From Lama guanicoe (Eukaryota), in contig MU054212.1 of NCBI GenBank assembly GCA_013239625.1, positions 7,290,270 through 7,354,269 on the forward strand: a stretch of 64,000 nucleotides of DNA. The letters are read 5' to 3'. Made by a program: the position numbers and the translations under genes. Position 1 is the stretch's first letter. Each line of letters opens with the position of its first letter. Below, piece after piece: positions 1-13,097 of this stretch. The notes under the pieces are model-generated. The model did no database searches. It was not told the origin of the DNA and was given only the letters and a program-made list of their open reading frames with translations.

Positions 1-724
1 AAAGCCCTCTTACAGTCTTAAAAATCATAGAAAAGATAACTTTCCTACACATGTATTTTTAAGTCTATAAATTATATATTGTAATTACAATGTACAGAAG
101 GAATAGACAGAAATTATTATCACTAATAAATCATTACATGTTCCAATATGTAAATGGTCAGGCATGAGCATCTGGGAAGGTGTGCTGGGGAGCAGAATAA
201 TGCTTACGTTTAGAATGACTGTGATTGCCATGGCTGCAGTTGGAGACTGATACTCAGTAGGCTGTCAGTGGAAGTTTGGAGTTAACTTCAGTGATACAAT
301 TTTCCATGAACAACTTTCATGAAAGTCCTGAACACAGCAAGTTGCAGGATTCTCTCTAGGTACATGTTAAGTGCTTTCCTAGAAAGGAAACTCAATAGAT
401 ATCAAAACCCATGCCAAAAAAAAAAAATGGTGCTGTAGTCTAGCCGTGGACCATCATAGAGGGTACCTTCCTTGCACACATGTCCTTTGAGTCATTTGTA
501 AGGCCTGTGGGGTGCAGGGCGCTTCTGCTTGTGTGACTCTGTGCCCATTGCTGAGCCTCTGAATCTTTCTACTCTGCCTTCTAAAGGCCAGGAATGTCCT
601 CAGAAATGTGAACACCCCCCCCCAACGTACACACTTCAAGTGGCATATCTTGTTTTCAGAAAGCTTTTCCCCTAGACATCATCCTTGTCTCTCACTCACT
701 CAGTTCTTCAGTGGTAGCACTCTG

Positions 725-767
725 CACACACACACATACACACACACACGCACTCTCTCTCTCTCTC
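725..767. repeat. Compound (CA)n(CT)n microsatellite
   Basis: cacacacacacatacacacacacacgcactctctctctctctc. Confidence 0.9.
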
Positions 768-3460
768 TTGTCCTTTGTATCTCATCAGTGTCGGTTCACA
801 TGGTTTAAGACAGCCACCTTTAAGGATTCAGACTGCCTTCAGAGCAGGTGACCACAAGCTCGAGGAACCACGCCACTCATTAAGCTTGTCAGCACCTACT
901 TCCTTCCTTTGTTTTACCCTGTTTTCACTAACAGGCACTTCTTTGGACTTGATCTTAGAGATCACTGTCATTTTTTCCCACTTCTCTTTCCCTATGTCAT
1001 AGAACATTGGGTCTGGAAGAAACATTAGAGATCTTGTATTTTAATCACTTCATTTTACAGACCTTGTAAATGAGTTTCATATGGTTACAGTAACTTGCCT
1101 AAGGACATATGGTTAGTTCTAACTCTAAAACAAGCCAATTATTGCTCCCATATTTCCTTTGAGAAGCAAGCATCCTTTTTATTCTGTCCAAGTTTTCCCT
1201 AAGTCAGCTTTAGACCACAGTTCATTTCCTGAGTTGGTGATATTCTCTAGAACCATGGTGTCTCTCCGCCACCCCTCCCTCCAGCCTCTGCCATCCTCCT
1301 CATCCTGGTCCTTCTTTCTGTGTGGCTCATGGTGAACTTATACCAGAAGAACCCATGTCCGCTCTGCTCTATTTCTCTTTGCTTAAATTTGCTTATTTAT
1401 GTTGAATTCATTTCTTGGTAGGAACCTTTTCAAGCCCCTTTCCCATTTTGTGGTGACTAGTTTAGTTGAAATTGGTAAAGTCACCTGGAATCAAGTTGCG
1501 TGCACAGCTTGAAGTACAGTGAGCTTGAGTGAGGGTGAAGGGCTCTTCCATTTGGCAGGAGGCCCCTCTCTCCCTTCCCTCAGCACACCCCGAGCAGTCG
1601 GTGACTCAGGACGATGGACACGAAGGTCAAGTGAGGTCTCAGTGTTTTACTTTATTTCATGTTACTCCTGCTTCCCAATGAAGCAGTTCACGGTGCCCAT
1701 CCTCTGGGACTGAATACAAACACGGGAAGTCACACAGACTTCATTTTTTTTTTAAGACAGTAATTGGTTTACATGTACAGACAGCATTTGAATAATGTTT
1801 CAATGGCAGTTTTGTAAGAATGACAAGGACGTGGTTCACAAAGGCCATTTTTTTCATTCTGGCCTTTGACGACAGGTGGATAGTTCGTTGAACTGGAATT
1901 TTAAAGATGTGTCAATTAAGAGATGGAGTAATAAAGGAGAGCCTGGCTCTGTAATTCTCTGGTGCTCTGACGTGCTGGACTTCAGCTACTGTAAGGCACC
2001 CTTTGCTATAGTGAGTGCAGTCGGCACAGGGTCACCCCCACAGAGTATTCTATGGGGAGCAGTGCTCTGAGCTGTGGGAGGTTGGAGAAAGGCTGCCCTC
2101 ACTGGCACTCTAAAGGCCCCAATGCTCTGTAGTGAAGAAAACTGTTGACCTTTGCATAAACAATGTTTCTCAACGTTAATTGGTCATAACATTTTTTATT
2201 TCCCCTGGAACATCTAACTGGATTCCTCTCATAGAATGTATTTGGGGAAATGAGGAAGTAAAAGAGGGAAGGTTTTAGGCATGTCACTGTCTGTGACGGA
2301 AGTAATCGAAATATCAGGCAACGGACAGGCATTCCCTGTTACTAACAGAAGGAGAGTTGTGTGTCTTAGGATTTCCATCGAGGTACTCAGTTTGATTTAG
2401 GTGGCGTGTTTGGCATTTTGCTATGAAAATTTAAAGGTGGCTTTCAAGCCTTATCTTTATGAAACTCTACCCATAGAATGTGCTGTTAGTTGAACTGCTG
2501 GCTTATTATGAATTTGCATTGCAGTCCAACTTTTTTCATGGTCTTTGGCTTTCTTTGGGAATGGAGTTTCTTTCTCCAATGAACTGTACCCCCTCTTCAA
2601 AATGGAAAATGTTTAATAGATTACTCAGTGTAATACTTTCTAGTTGTATTCACTTGGCCTTGCTCATATTGCAAGAAATAGAGACCTGCTGGGGGCAGCA
2701 GAGGAGTGGGAAGGAGGACTTTAAGTAATTACAGGGGAGGAGGAAGGAGTTAAATGCATAGACCTCTCTGTTCTTTTGCTCTGTGACTCTGGGATGTCTT
2801 TGTTCCTCTCACAGTTAACCTCTTACAGTATTTCAGACCTTACCTCTTTCCCTGGAACAGGGAGGAAGTGATTGATTGATTATCTCAAGTCATAGAATGT
2901 CTCTCTGTGACACCTTTGTCTCTGACTGTGATCTCTGGGCCAGCCAGCTGTGGCCTGGGCAGTAGGACTGACACTGCTCTAGGCTAAGGGGCTGATTTCT
3001 AAGAAGGGGATTGTGGAAGTCAGGTGAGCAGCCAGCACTAAGGCAGCAATGCCCACTGGGTACTCAGGGCTCTCTAGCTATGATGCCTAGGTTCAAAGCA
3101 GATAATCCCTTCCAAATGCTGCTTCTTGGATATCATGATGTCTGTGTTCAGGTGTTAAAAACTTAAGAAGGACCTACTTGAGAATTCCAAGATTTAAAAG
3201 ATGACAAATTAAGCACTCAATAAATGATGATGGTGATTATTATACATAATATATTAATCTTTCAAAAGTTCACTTTTCACTAGGTAGTATGTTGGAATTT
3301 TTACATTTGTTATTTCTAATTCACGTAATAAATAGCTTTGCAAGTATGTTTGCTTTTCCCTTTTGATAATGAAACAGAGGCCAGAAGCTGTCAAGAAATT
3401 GGAGCCTCTTCAGACAGCTATGAAAATGCAGAACTAGAAATAGTAGCCCAGTTTTCTAAC

Positions 3461-3517
3461 TGTGTTTTTTGGTGTTTTTTGTTTGTTTTTCCCAGTTTTA
3501 TTGAAAAAATAATTGAA
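3461..3517 (-). mobile_element. Very short L1 3'-tail insertion within a MIR
   Basis: T-rich tail + cccagttttattgaaaaaataattga, flanked by cccagttttctaa / cccattttctaa. Confidence 0.45.
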
Positions 3518-4156
3518 CCCATTTTCTAAATTAAATCCAGCCCTCTTTCCACTGTGACATGCTGGGTTACGTACCTAAGGAGAGTGTCAGGGAATATTTT
3601 TGCACATATTAGAAGCCTGTTTTCTGGTTGTTGGTTTTTGTTTGTTTGTTTGTTTGTTTTTTATGTATTAGAGGATATTCAAGGAACCATGATACCCATA
3701 AAATTTAAATCCTACTAGAGTATTTCTTCCATTTTCTGTTTTGTGCCAACTGATTGACTTAATTTGAAAATATTCATTATTCACACTTTGGAATGTTGTG
3801 TTTCAGTGACTCAACTGTGGTGTTTATAACTGCCTAGGTGAAAGCTAAAATCCGTCTGCTTTTTTTCCTCTTTGTTACTTTACACCAGAAACAGTGACTA
3901 AAAGTATTTCCTACTATCTGATGTTCCCTATAAAATCAGTTGTTTATACATCCTAACAAAAGTATCTTTTGGATCATCAAAAGACTGGCCAGGGTTACAT
4001 AGATGCTTCAAGCAGTGATACAGCTAAACCACAAAAAAGTATTTTATTCAACAATATTGGGTACCTCCTTTGTCACAGAATGTAAATCCCTGCCCTCATG
4101 GAGATTACACTCTATTCTTTCTTTATAATCCATCTTCTTTGATAATGCTAGCTAGA

Positions 4157-4262
4157 ATTTTTTTTATAATTTATTCATTTACTTTTAATGGAGGTACTGG
4201 AGATTGAACCCAGGACCTCGTGCATGCTAAGCATGCACTCTACCACTGAGCTGTTACCCTCC
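4157..4262 (-). mobile_element. tRNA-Ala(AGC)-derived SINE (camelid vic-1 type)
   Basis: Reverse complement GGGTAACAGCTCAGTGGTAGAGTGCATGCTTAGCATGCACGAGGTCCTGGGTTCAATCTCCAGTACCTCCA plus A-rich tail; A box, B box and AGC anticodon loop. Confidence 0.88.
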
Positions 4263-4419
4263 ACTTCCTGCCTGGAGTCTTATATTTTTCCTCCTATCCC
4301 CAGTACACAGATAAACACAAACACACACGTGCACACACACAAACACAACCATCGATAGATGATTTTCTCTCTTAACTGCAAAGAAGAAGCAATCAAATGA
4401 GTTTTCGTCACTTCCCGTG

Positions 4420-4470
4420 TATAAGTTCTTTATGCTCTGTAACACATTACCACAAATTTAGTGGCTGAAG

Positions 4471-4526
<56 letters not shown>

Positions 4527-4955
4527 CACAGTTCCATGGATTAGGAGATTTGACACAACTAAGCTGATTTCTCTGTTCAGTCTTATCAGGCTGAAATCAG
4601 GGTCTTGGCCAACTGCATTCTTACTGGCAGTTTGGGATTCTCTTCCAACCTTATTCAAATTGTTGGGGAATCTACTTCTTTACAGCTATAACATTGACAC
4701 CTCAGCAGCTCTTAGAGGTCACCTCTCTTCATAGGCGATTAACCATATATATATGTTGCTTCTTCAAGGCCAGCAGGAGAATGTGTCTGCCTCTGTCAGT
4801 AAGATGGAGCCTTATGTAACATAACATCATCAAGAGAGTGACAGCCCATCCCCCCTTTTTATTTTCTTTTAGCCAGAAGCAAGTCACAGTCTCTTCCCAC
4901 CTCCCTATGCAAGGGTGTGACTCATCGGAGGTACCTTAGGGTGTGTCTGTCACAC
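4420..4955 (-). mobile_element. ERVL-MaLR (MLT1-type) solo LTR with internal (TG)(TA)n microsatellite
   Basis: tgtaacacattaccacaaatttagtggctgaa...ttcacagttccatggattaggag...ggctgaaatcagggtcttggcc...gaagcaagtcacag. Confidence 0.7.
4474..4522. repeat. (TG)n(TA)n microsatellite
   Basis: gtgtgtgtgtgt followed by a long TA run. Confidence 0.95.
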
Positions 4956-4984
4956 CTACTACAAATAATAGTGATTACTATTAC

Positions 4985-5130
4985 AGCTAACCTTGAGATC
5001 TTTCTCTAAATGAGCACTAGTCAGAGCATCTTACGTATGTTTACTGATGTAATCCTCACAAAAACTCTATGAAGTAAATCGTTTGTTGTTATTAGTTTAC
5101 AAATGATGAAACTGAAGCATGTAGAGGTGG
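4985..5130 (-). mobile_element. MIR SINE
   Basis: taatcctcacaaaaactctatgaagta...tttacaaatgatgaaactgaagcat (MIR core). Confidence 0.65.
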
Positions 5131-7086
5131 ATCCTTCTCAGCTAAGAATATCCACTTAAAAAAAAAAAGGAAACATGCACAAACAACAACAAACCTTGAT
5201 GCCCCATGTTCCTTCAGCTACCACACTCTCTCTCTGTTTTTCTTCAGAACAAGGTTCTTTCCCTCCCTTTTCAGCACTTCGGTGGCTTCACCTCTGCTCA
5301 CCCCAGGGCTTCCTACCCCTCCCCATCCTTCACATTCATCTCTGCCTGGAAATTAAAGAGTCCTTCCCACACACACATGCACCTAGGACATTCTCTCGTT
5401 GTACGTGTTACTTTACACAATTTGTCATTACAACTTTCGGGGACAGGGACCTATCTTTTTGTTTATTGTTGTTTTTCCCAATGCCTAGTACGTGAAAGTT
5501 TTGGGTAGAAGAGTGAATGCCTGCATGTTAATTAAAGGAAGCCCTGTGGTGTAACAGAAGAGGCATTATTTGAGGGGCAGGGGTATCAGTCCTGCTTCAC
5601 CACTTACCTACCTTCACGGTTGTAGGTACTAAATGAAGTATAGTTACTATGGTGGTTATGTTGTTATAAATTACATCTGTGACTGAACAATAGTGGATCG
5701 GGCCATTGTTTAACTAGGGAAAGGAGCAACCTTCAGGCATGGATATCAAAAAGGGAGAATTGAAGGCATACTAGGTACCCAGGTCTGGGAGTTCCTATGG
5801 CATCTTTTCCTTCTCTGGTTACTCATCATACTATTAAAGTCAACATTACTTTGCTTTCTGTCCCATCCTAGGTACTAAGCTCTTTCGGCAGCAGAAGCTG
5901 TCTGTGCATTTCACAGTTCCTGGCAAGTAGTAGCTGCTTATGAAATGTTTGTTAAAGAAATGAGTAACTAATAGTCCCTTAAACACAGCTGTTCAGTGGA
6001 TTACAAGTGGAAACAGTGATTCACTGATTCCCACTACATTGTAACATTATTACCTTATTTTAACTATGCAAGAACATGAGCTTGATTTCCACTAATAAAG
6101 CACTGATATTCTGTGGTTACATTGGAAGTTTTCTTTTTTATTTTCTTCCCACAGAGGGAATAGTGATGAAAATACAATTTGTAAGAGAGAATGTCTTTTA
6201 ATACATATGCATATTCTCATATTTGCTAAAACACGTTCAAGTTTTATTTTTCTTCGTTTGGATCAAAACAAAAAAACCAAAACATTACTTCTCATCAAGG
6301 CCTATCAGACTGTCCTACTGTGTGGCCCAGGGGTTGTCCACAAAGTTTAATGAAAGGTATGAACCATGAGCATTAAAACATACTAATCTAATTTTGAGAA
6401 GTTGATTAAAGTTTGATCTGTCCATGGCTTGGCTTTTGTCTCTAGGTGTCTTTACTTCATTATTTTTACCTGCTTCACTGCAGGCTGTATCTCCTCTGAG
6501 CAGGCTGCTAACCGCATGGGAGACATAGAACTTTGAACAGAGATTCCTCCCTTTGAAATTTAAAGGAGTGATTCTTAGGAAAAGTGGCGGAATGTAAAAG
6601 TGTAAAACAGTGTCATTAGAAAATGAATTTTGATTTTAATGTTGTATAGAAGATTAAGGGAACTCTCATATAAGTAAAGCAATTGAAACTCAATAATTGA
6701 AGCCTTTTAAGAATCAATATCAAGGTCCTCTTTTCATGTTTTTTAATAGCATATACATCCCTTAAGTGTGGATCTTCTGATTGTATATGCTGAAATTCAT
6801 AGCAGCAATTATGAGGAAATCCTTTCCTCTTATTTCTAGGGAATTGCTTTTCCCCATTAATTGGGGCCTGAGAAATTGCTTGCCAGCAAGTCTTGCTCTA
6901 GGGGGTGGCCTTCCTAACCTCTGATTGAACACCTCTGCAGAATTGGAGGCTAGAGCAGGTGTCTGGTGGAGGGGGGGAGCAATTCTCTTGGGAGGTGTGT
7001 GAGATCCCATTTCAAAGGAGACTGTTATGTTAGCCAGGTGGTTGGATTGTTTACAGATTGTGTTTCCAGAGGAAGAAGAAAACTTC

Positions 7087-7196
7087 ATGTGTATGTATGT
7101 GTGTATGTATGTGTGTGTGTATATACATATAAATAGATGTACGTGTATGTGTGTATAGATATACAGATACATGCACATATGTGTTTGTATATATAT
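7087..7196. repeat. Imperfect (TATG)/(TG)/(TA) low-complexity repeat
   Basis: atgtgtatgtatgtgtgtatgtatgtgtgtgtgtatatacat... Confidence 0.85.
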
Positions 7197-8092
7197 TTTT
7201 AGTGAGAAGGTGATAATCAATTGCCACAAGACTAGCTGTTATTTTGTCATCTTATAATCTCTGGTTTTCAAAGCCCTTTGCAATCTACATACTCAAACAT
7301 TGCATTTAATAATTAAATGTTGCCCACTCCTCTGCCTCAAGAACTTTATTCTAGTTAAGAATTGCACCAGCCATTATCCCTAGTATAGCGGAACTTCCAG
7401 ATTCTTCCCTGCTGAGCTTCATGCCTTGTGGTTTCCATCCTAGTGCTCAGCAGTGATCCCCAGAGCAGCACGTAGTAGGACGAAAAGGAATCAGCTCAGC
7501 TCAAAAGAGAAGCTTTTATTATAAAATCAACTTTAATGGCCTGTCATAACAGTGATGGCACAAAAAAACCTTCTTCTTTTCCATCTAAATGTTGATTGTT
7601 TTTTGGTAATATTTTCTGAGATTTCCCCTTTGTTCACATTAGCTTAATTCCATGTACCTTTTTAAAAAAAAATTAGATGGAGGGAGATGAAAACGGTGTT
7701 GTATTTTTTTTCTTTAACCTCCATATAATTCCAGATAGTTTTGATTACAACTTTATAATGACAGTTTTTGTTTATTTAAAGAGAAGTTGTTATATGTGCT
7801 TATATTTAGATATAATTTTTTAAAGAGATGTCAAATAATTGTTTCCAGCAGTGGACCTTGAAATTGAGGTTATTTTAGCTTACAATATCATCCTTTACTG
7901 GTTTTCACTATTTTATGTATTTATTTTGAATATTTGATTCTTGCAGTGTACTGAAAATTATCCCACGTCCAGATCTTAGAAATTTTCATTCATTTGCTTA
8001 ACAAAGATTTAGTATCCAGTGTGTGCAAATTCGTTGTGCTAGGTTTATCTTATTTAACTGCTTCTGACAATGCTACTTTAACAACTTTTAAT

Positions 8093-8407
8093 GCATCATT
8101 TCCCAAACTATATTCTGGAGAACACTTATAATTTGTTCCATGAGATATTGATACAATTGTTCTGTAGGAGGATCACAATGTTTAAAAGTTTGGGAAATAA
8201 TGCATGATAGATTTATTCTCAAGGGTTTAAAATAAATTCTACCATATTAGAGAATACTTACAGTAAAGAAAACTATTTAACCATACTTAGTAAATGTAGA
8301 CCAGAGTTATTGGATGATAGAATCAACTTCCTCTTGACATATTACCCGTTAAAATTATAATTACCCATTAAAATTCCTGTTTTGCAAAGCAGTTTGGGAA
8401 ATATTGT
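8093..8407. mobile_element. MER103-like hAT-Charlie MITE
   Basis: Arm atgcatcatttcccaaact (8091-8109) is inverted at 8187-8205 (18/19) and again at 8391-8406; internal cagtaaagaaaactatttaac. Confidence 0.65.
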
Positions 8408-8929
8408 CTTAATGCAGCTTTAGAAATAGCATTCAAAAATTACTGGCCAAATTGTCCTTAGTGTATTGTTGATTCTATCATCTCCCTTACTGATTCTCTC
8501 TCAGCAGTCCTCTTTCATTTTTTAATGCCTAACTTTATGCTTAAAGAATTACATTTTCTCTAATGGATAAAACTTGAGCCATACTTACAGAGAGTCTCCT
8601 GAGCCATCTGAATCATACTTAATGGTAAAGTAAGAAATGAAAAATTATCCTTTAGAGCGAACTGACTTTAGACCTGACGTTAATTCTTGCTGGGATGTAA
8701 AATGCAAGGGCGCTGGATGCTTGCTCTGGGTATAAGAGGGTCCTGGTAACAGCTTATAATCTGTCTGCTCATTACTCTTTTGCTGTTTCATTAGACTCCT
8801 GGTCGGTCTTTCACTGACTGGGCTGTCTTTGCTCTAAAGACCTTATTGATTGTTTTTTGGACAACAGCTAGCGTGGTGTACTGTACACAGTGCTGACCTG
8901 ACTAGTTCCACATGGCTTGATGGAGATTC

Positions 8930-10790
8930 ACACATGCACAATACACATCATCTTCTTGAAACGCTTTCTTTCCTTTCAGCTATGAGGCCATTTGCTTTGA
9001 TTTTCTTCCTACCTCTGACTGCTTTTCTCAGTTTTCCTAGTGGGACTTACTTCTTTTTTCCCGTTCCTCCTGTCTCGGTGTTCCTCAGGGCCCTGCTTTA
9101 AGCCATCTTCCCTTTGGGTAAATTCTTCCTGTGTGTTCTCATCCATATCCATGTTTGGGGTCACTACTAATTACTAACTTTCTGTATTTGATTCTTTTCT
9201 CACTGTTGAGCTTCTTCCCCAAGTTTCAGCTGTTGATCAGATCATCTTTCCTTGGTTGCCTTATCCATCCATCTTTACTTGAATGCTGTAAGCATGTCCA
9301 AAGAAAAACCCATCATTTCTTGGTCCAAGACACTGCTCCTCCATGTGCCTTTTCCTATCCTGATGTCCACTACCAGCATCTACCACAGTATCCAAGCCTC
9401 GTTCCTAGAATCACCCTTCATGCCTTTGTCTCACTCACCACCCAGACCCATGCACACTCAGCCCCAGCATTTCTGGTCCCCGTACTTCTCTTGAATGACA
9501 GGTGTCTCTACTCCCACTGCCTGAACAGTCTTAAGACTTTTCATTTGTTCCTTGGCCTTCTCTTGATACTTCTTGACAGAAGTCTCTGATTCTAGTCTTG
9601 CCTTTGTCCAGGGCATTCTTTACACTATATGCAGAAAGATACATCTGAGACATCTATTTGGAATTATAATCAGTATCTCAACCTTCACTGGTTCAAAACG
9701 CAACCTCCTCCTCCCATAGCCTTCTCCATTTTAATAAATAGCAATTTGTTATTTTAATTACCAAGGCCAAAACTCTTTGGTGTCATCCATGCCTGCTCCC
9801 TTTGTCTCACACCACACATCCAATCCATCTTCAAGTCCTGTTGCTCCAGCCTTCAGAATAGCATCAGAACCCAACCATTTCCCACTGCCTCTACTGCTGT
9901 CAACCTGATCATGCTACTAGCATGCTTTTTTCTGGATTGTCTCAGTAGCTATGTACTCATGTTCCTGGTGAGTCTTTATCTTCTAAAACTATACAGTCCA
10001 GTAGAGTAGCTGCTGGCCACCAGACATTGTTGAGCATTAGAAACGTGGGTGATCTGAATTGAGATGTGTTATAAAAAATATCCACTGAATATCAAAGAAT
10101 GAATACACAAAGAGACTGAAAAAATATCTTGCAGGATTTCCCATTGATTACATGTTGAAGCAGTAACATTGTGGATAAGCTGAATTAAATAAAATATGTT
10201 ATTAGAATCAGTATGTTTTCTTTTTTACTTTTTCAATGCAGTTACTAGAAAAATTAAAATCACATGTGTGGCTCAATGTTTGTATTGCTGTTGGACAGCT
10301 CTACTCTAAAGTCTTTTTTAAACACAGCAGTCAGAGCTATCTTTTTGAAATGTCAGGTCTTTTCATTTGTCAGGCCAAAATCCCCCAGAGGCTTTCCAGC
10401 TCACTCAGAGGGAAAAACTAGTCTTTACAGTGGGCTCCGAGGCCCAGTATGATCCTGTCCCCCAGCCCCTGTTCCTCCCACTCTCTAAGCTCCCTCCAGC
10501 TCTTCTGGCTTCCTTGAAAGCCCCTCCTGAGGGCCCCTACGTTTGCATCCCTCCCCGGAGCACATGCTTCCCCAGAGGGCTCGCTCCTTCGCTTTGCTCA
10601 GGTGTCTGCTCCGGTGTCCGCGAACAGTGAGCATGAGAGAGGCCCATCCTGGACACGCCGTGCAAATCAGTGGTCTGCTTCCCCGCACACACTCAGCGTG
10701 AACCTTTTCATCTTGTTTTGGCTTCATTTCGAATGGCTCCTCGTTGTCTGTAGAATGAAGTCCACATTGCCTAGTACGTCTGCGTGTGAC
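8930..10790 (+). mobile_element. LINE-2 remnants (several pieces, split by the MER33-like MITE)
   Basis: Typical L2 motifs: ggccaaaactctttggtgtcatcc...cacatccaatccatc...aagtcctgttgctccagccttcagaata...; tcttcttgaaacgctttcttcc. Confidence 0.7.
9989..10303. mobile_element. MER33-like hAT-Charlie MITE inserted in L2
   Basis: gtccagtag...gaattgagatgtgtt...attgattacatgttgaa...ttaaataaaatat...actagaaaaattaaaatcacatgtgtggctc...ttggacagc; TSD-like ttctaaaa / ctctaaag. Confidence 0.8.
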
Positions 10791-12880
10791 TCTGCAGCAC
10801 ATTTCTTACTATTCCTCCAAGCAGCCCACTTGCCATGCCTTCCAGATCACATGGAAGAAACCCAGAATAAGGGAAAAAGTGATACACAATGTCCCTCTAA
10901 TGAGGGATAGATAATTATCATTAAACGTGGATATATTCTCATACAGAATTAACATCCATTGAACTTCAAACTTTGGATGGTTTGCAAGTAGCAACGTTTT
11001 AATCCTCTGAATTCCACTGACCTCCATCCCATAATATGTATGCTAATATAATCAGCAGCAAAGACAAATGATACCCTCACCAATGGAGATTTAAATCCTT
11101 GTTAAAAGGATCTCTATACGAATAAGTTTGCCTTTACTGATACTTATTTTCCTCTAACAGCACAGTTTTTCTCCTTCCAATGAAAAAGGAAGCATAATTT
11201 ATCAATAGCTTATTCAGATACTTCATTATGAGAGAGTTAGGGGAGTTTTTAGAATGAACGTTTCTGTTGTGGGTAATCAGAAAGAAGAGTTTACAGCTCA
11301 GTGATAAATAAATAAATAAACCTTTCAGAAATGTTTATTGTTCCAGCTCATTAAAATGCCATGTCTTTTGGACAGTATTTCTTAGAGGCCATAAAATTAA
11401 TAGTGTATTTTAAAAGTTTTATTGGCACGTACTTCCTAAGTCTAATTTAGCCCTAGTGTTTAATTGTGTTGTCTCATCCAGGCTGGAAATCTGGCAGTTG
11501 ATATGATTTTTCTGTTTTAAAAGAAAAACGTTTTCCTCAAGGGCTAGCTTCCGTTCTCTTGAATGTGTTTATTTCACCCCGTCTTGCATTTTCATGTGCT
11601 GAAATCTGGAGGCTCTTGTCAGAGCTAATCTGGACTTGGTATTTCTTTGTGTCTTAAAATTATACTGAGATTTCAATTAATAACTAGTCAGGCCCCTGGC
11701 CTGGCGAAATACATCAAACTAAAATACTGCATGTAAGCTACCGGAGTTAAATTTTAAATCGTTCGCTTACACAGAGCAAGGCCAGTGCGATGAACATTTG
11801 TTGAGTGCCTGCAGTTCCACAGGCTTTGTGTATGGACTGCAGGTTCTAAGGCCCCATGCGTGTCCTTGAATGTAGAAAATCTAACCTTTCCCACCGTGCT
11901 TCTATAAATGCACTTCAAAGCAAACAGATTCCGTTTTCTCTCCAGGAAATTTGCCTTCCACCTACTAGTCCTATTTAAAATCTATGCAACGAGAACACCT
12001 CTTCCCTTTTAGCCTTCCTAGTTGACGCTCCTTTTTCTCAAGGCTCCCAAAACACGAGGAGAGATACTGAGTCAATATTCACAGAACATTTCAGACTTCT
12101 TAGAGGCGTTTCATTCTCATAGACTATCTTCTTGTCCTCCTCGTCTTTGCTAGACCTCCCTGGCAGCAGTCTTTGAAGGCTTGTACTCAAGCTTGGCTGC
12201 CTCTGTCATCTGTCCTGTCTCCCAGGTTCATCCCGAAATACTCGCCCTCTGCCTTTGCCTCTGCAGCCCCAAAGCCCTTCACTCAGTCGGGAGTATGTCT
12301 CAGATTTGCCTTTCTTTTATCTTCTTTCATGGAGATATTCCATCATCCTTCTAGTGATGTCTTTGTGTCTTCTCCTCTCCATTCCATCCTTTTCATAGCC
12401 CATAAATCGTCTTTTTAAGCACGAATCGTTTTAGGCTACTCCTAGGCTTCCACGTGCCAGTCATGCCCCATCACCCAGAGCAGTGCTTCCCAGCTCTGAG
12501 GCATACTTGGAAAAAGGCAGTAAATATGGAGGTAGGTTGTGGGGGACACTTGGACCTGGAGGCCACTAACCTGGGCCTCCTGCTGTTTCCATTCCTGCCT
12601 TGGGTTCACCTTCAGGTACATTCACTGGGAGACCCCCCGTGGAGGATAAAGCCCAAACGTCTTTGCTTTGCTGTCTTACTGAGGATTCTCCCCAGGACTT
12701 CCAGCATCTCCCATTCACCTTAGTCTCTAGCAGCAGTCCTCTTTCCTCATGATGCTTGGGGCTGAGTATCCCACCTGTCCGGGAACACCTCTCCTTGTGT
12801 CCCGATCTGCCAGCATGAGAGCCTCAAAATCACCAGGCAGAGCTTCAGCTACCGTGCCGCCCTCGCCACGTCCACTAGTG

Positions 12881-13097
12881 CAGTGGTTCTCCCCTGGGGA
12901 TGATCTTGCCTCAGAAGGATACTTGGTAATGTCAGGAGACATTTTGTGTTGTCTTACCTGGGCGAGGGGTTGCTGCTGGTACCCAGTGGGTAGAGACCAG
13001 GGATGCTGCTAAACGTCCTTCAGTGCACAGGACGCGCTTCCACGGTAAAGATGTATCTAGACCTAAATGACAGCAGTGTCAAGGTTGAGAAACTCTG
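12881..13097 (+). mobile_element. MER20 hAT-Charlie MITE, full length
   Basis: cagtggttctc...ggagacatttt...gtgggtagagaccagggatgctgctaaac...ggttgagaaactctg; 8-bp TSD cactagtg / ccctggtg. Confidence 0.9.

Noticed and set aside
4189..4262. Functional tRNA-Ala gene
   Set aside because: Genomic CCA plus A-rich tail, disturbed acceptor stem and four diverged sibling copies indicate a SINE.
6762..7229. 155-aa ORF on the - strand (similarly 41648..42124 and 4474..4734)
   Set aside because: Length is due to stop-free microsatellite or repeat sequence.
8091..8205. 19-bp inverted repeat as a pre-miRNA or structured RNA
   Set aside because: Explained by the internal palindromic structure of a MER103-like MITE.
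9131..9589. 152-aa ORF (similarly 15711..16112, 13003..13422, 20268..20696)
   Set aside because: Lie in decayed L2/MER20 or plain intron; non-ATG or weak starts and no protein resemblance.
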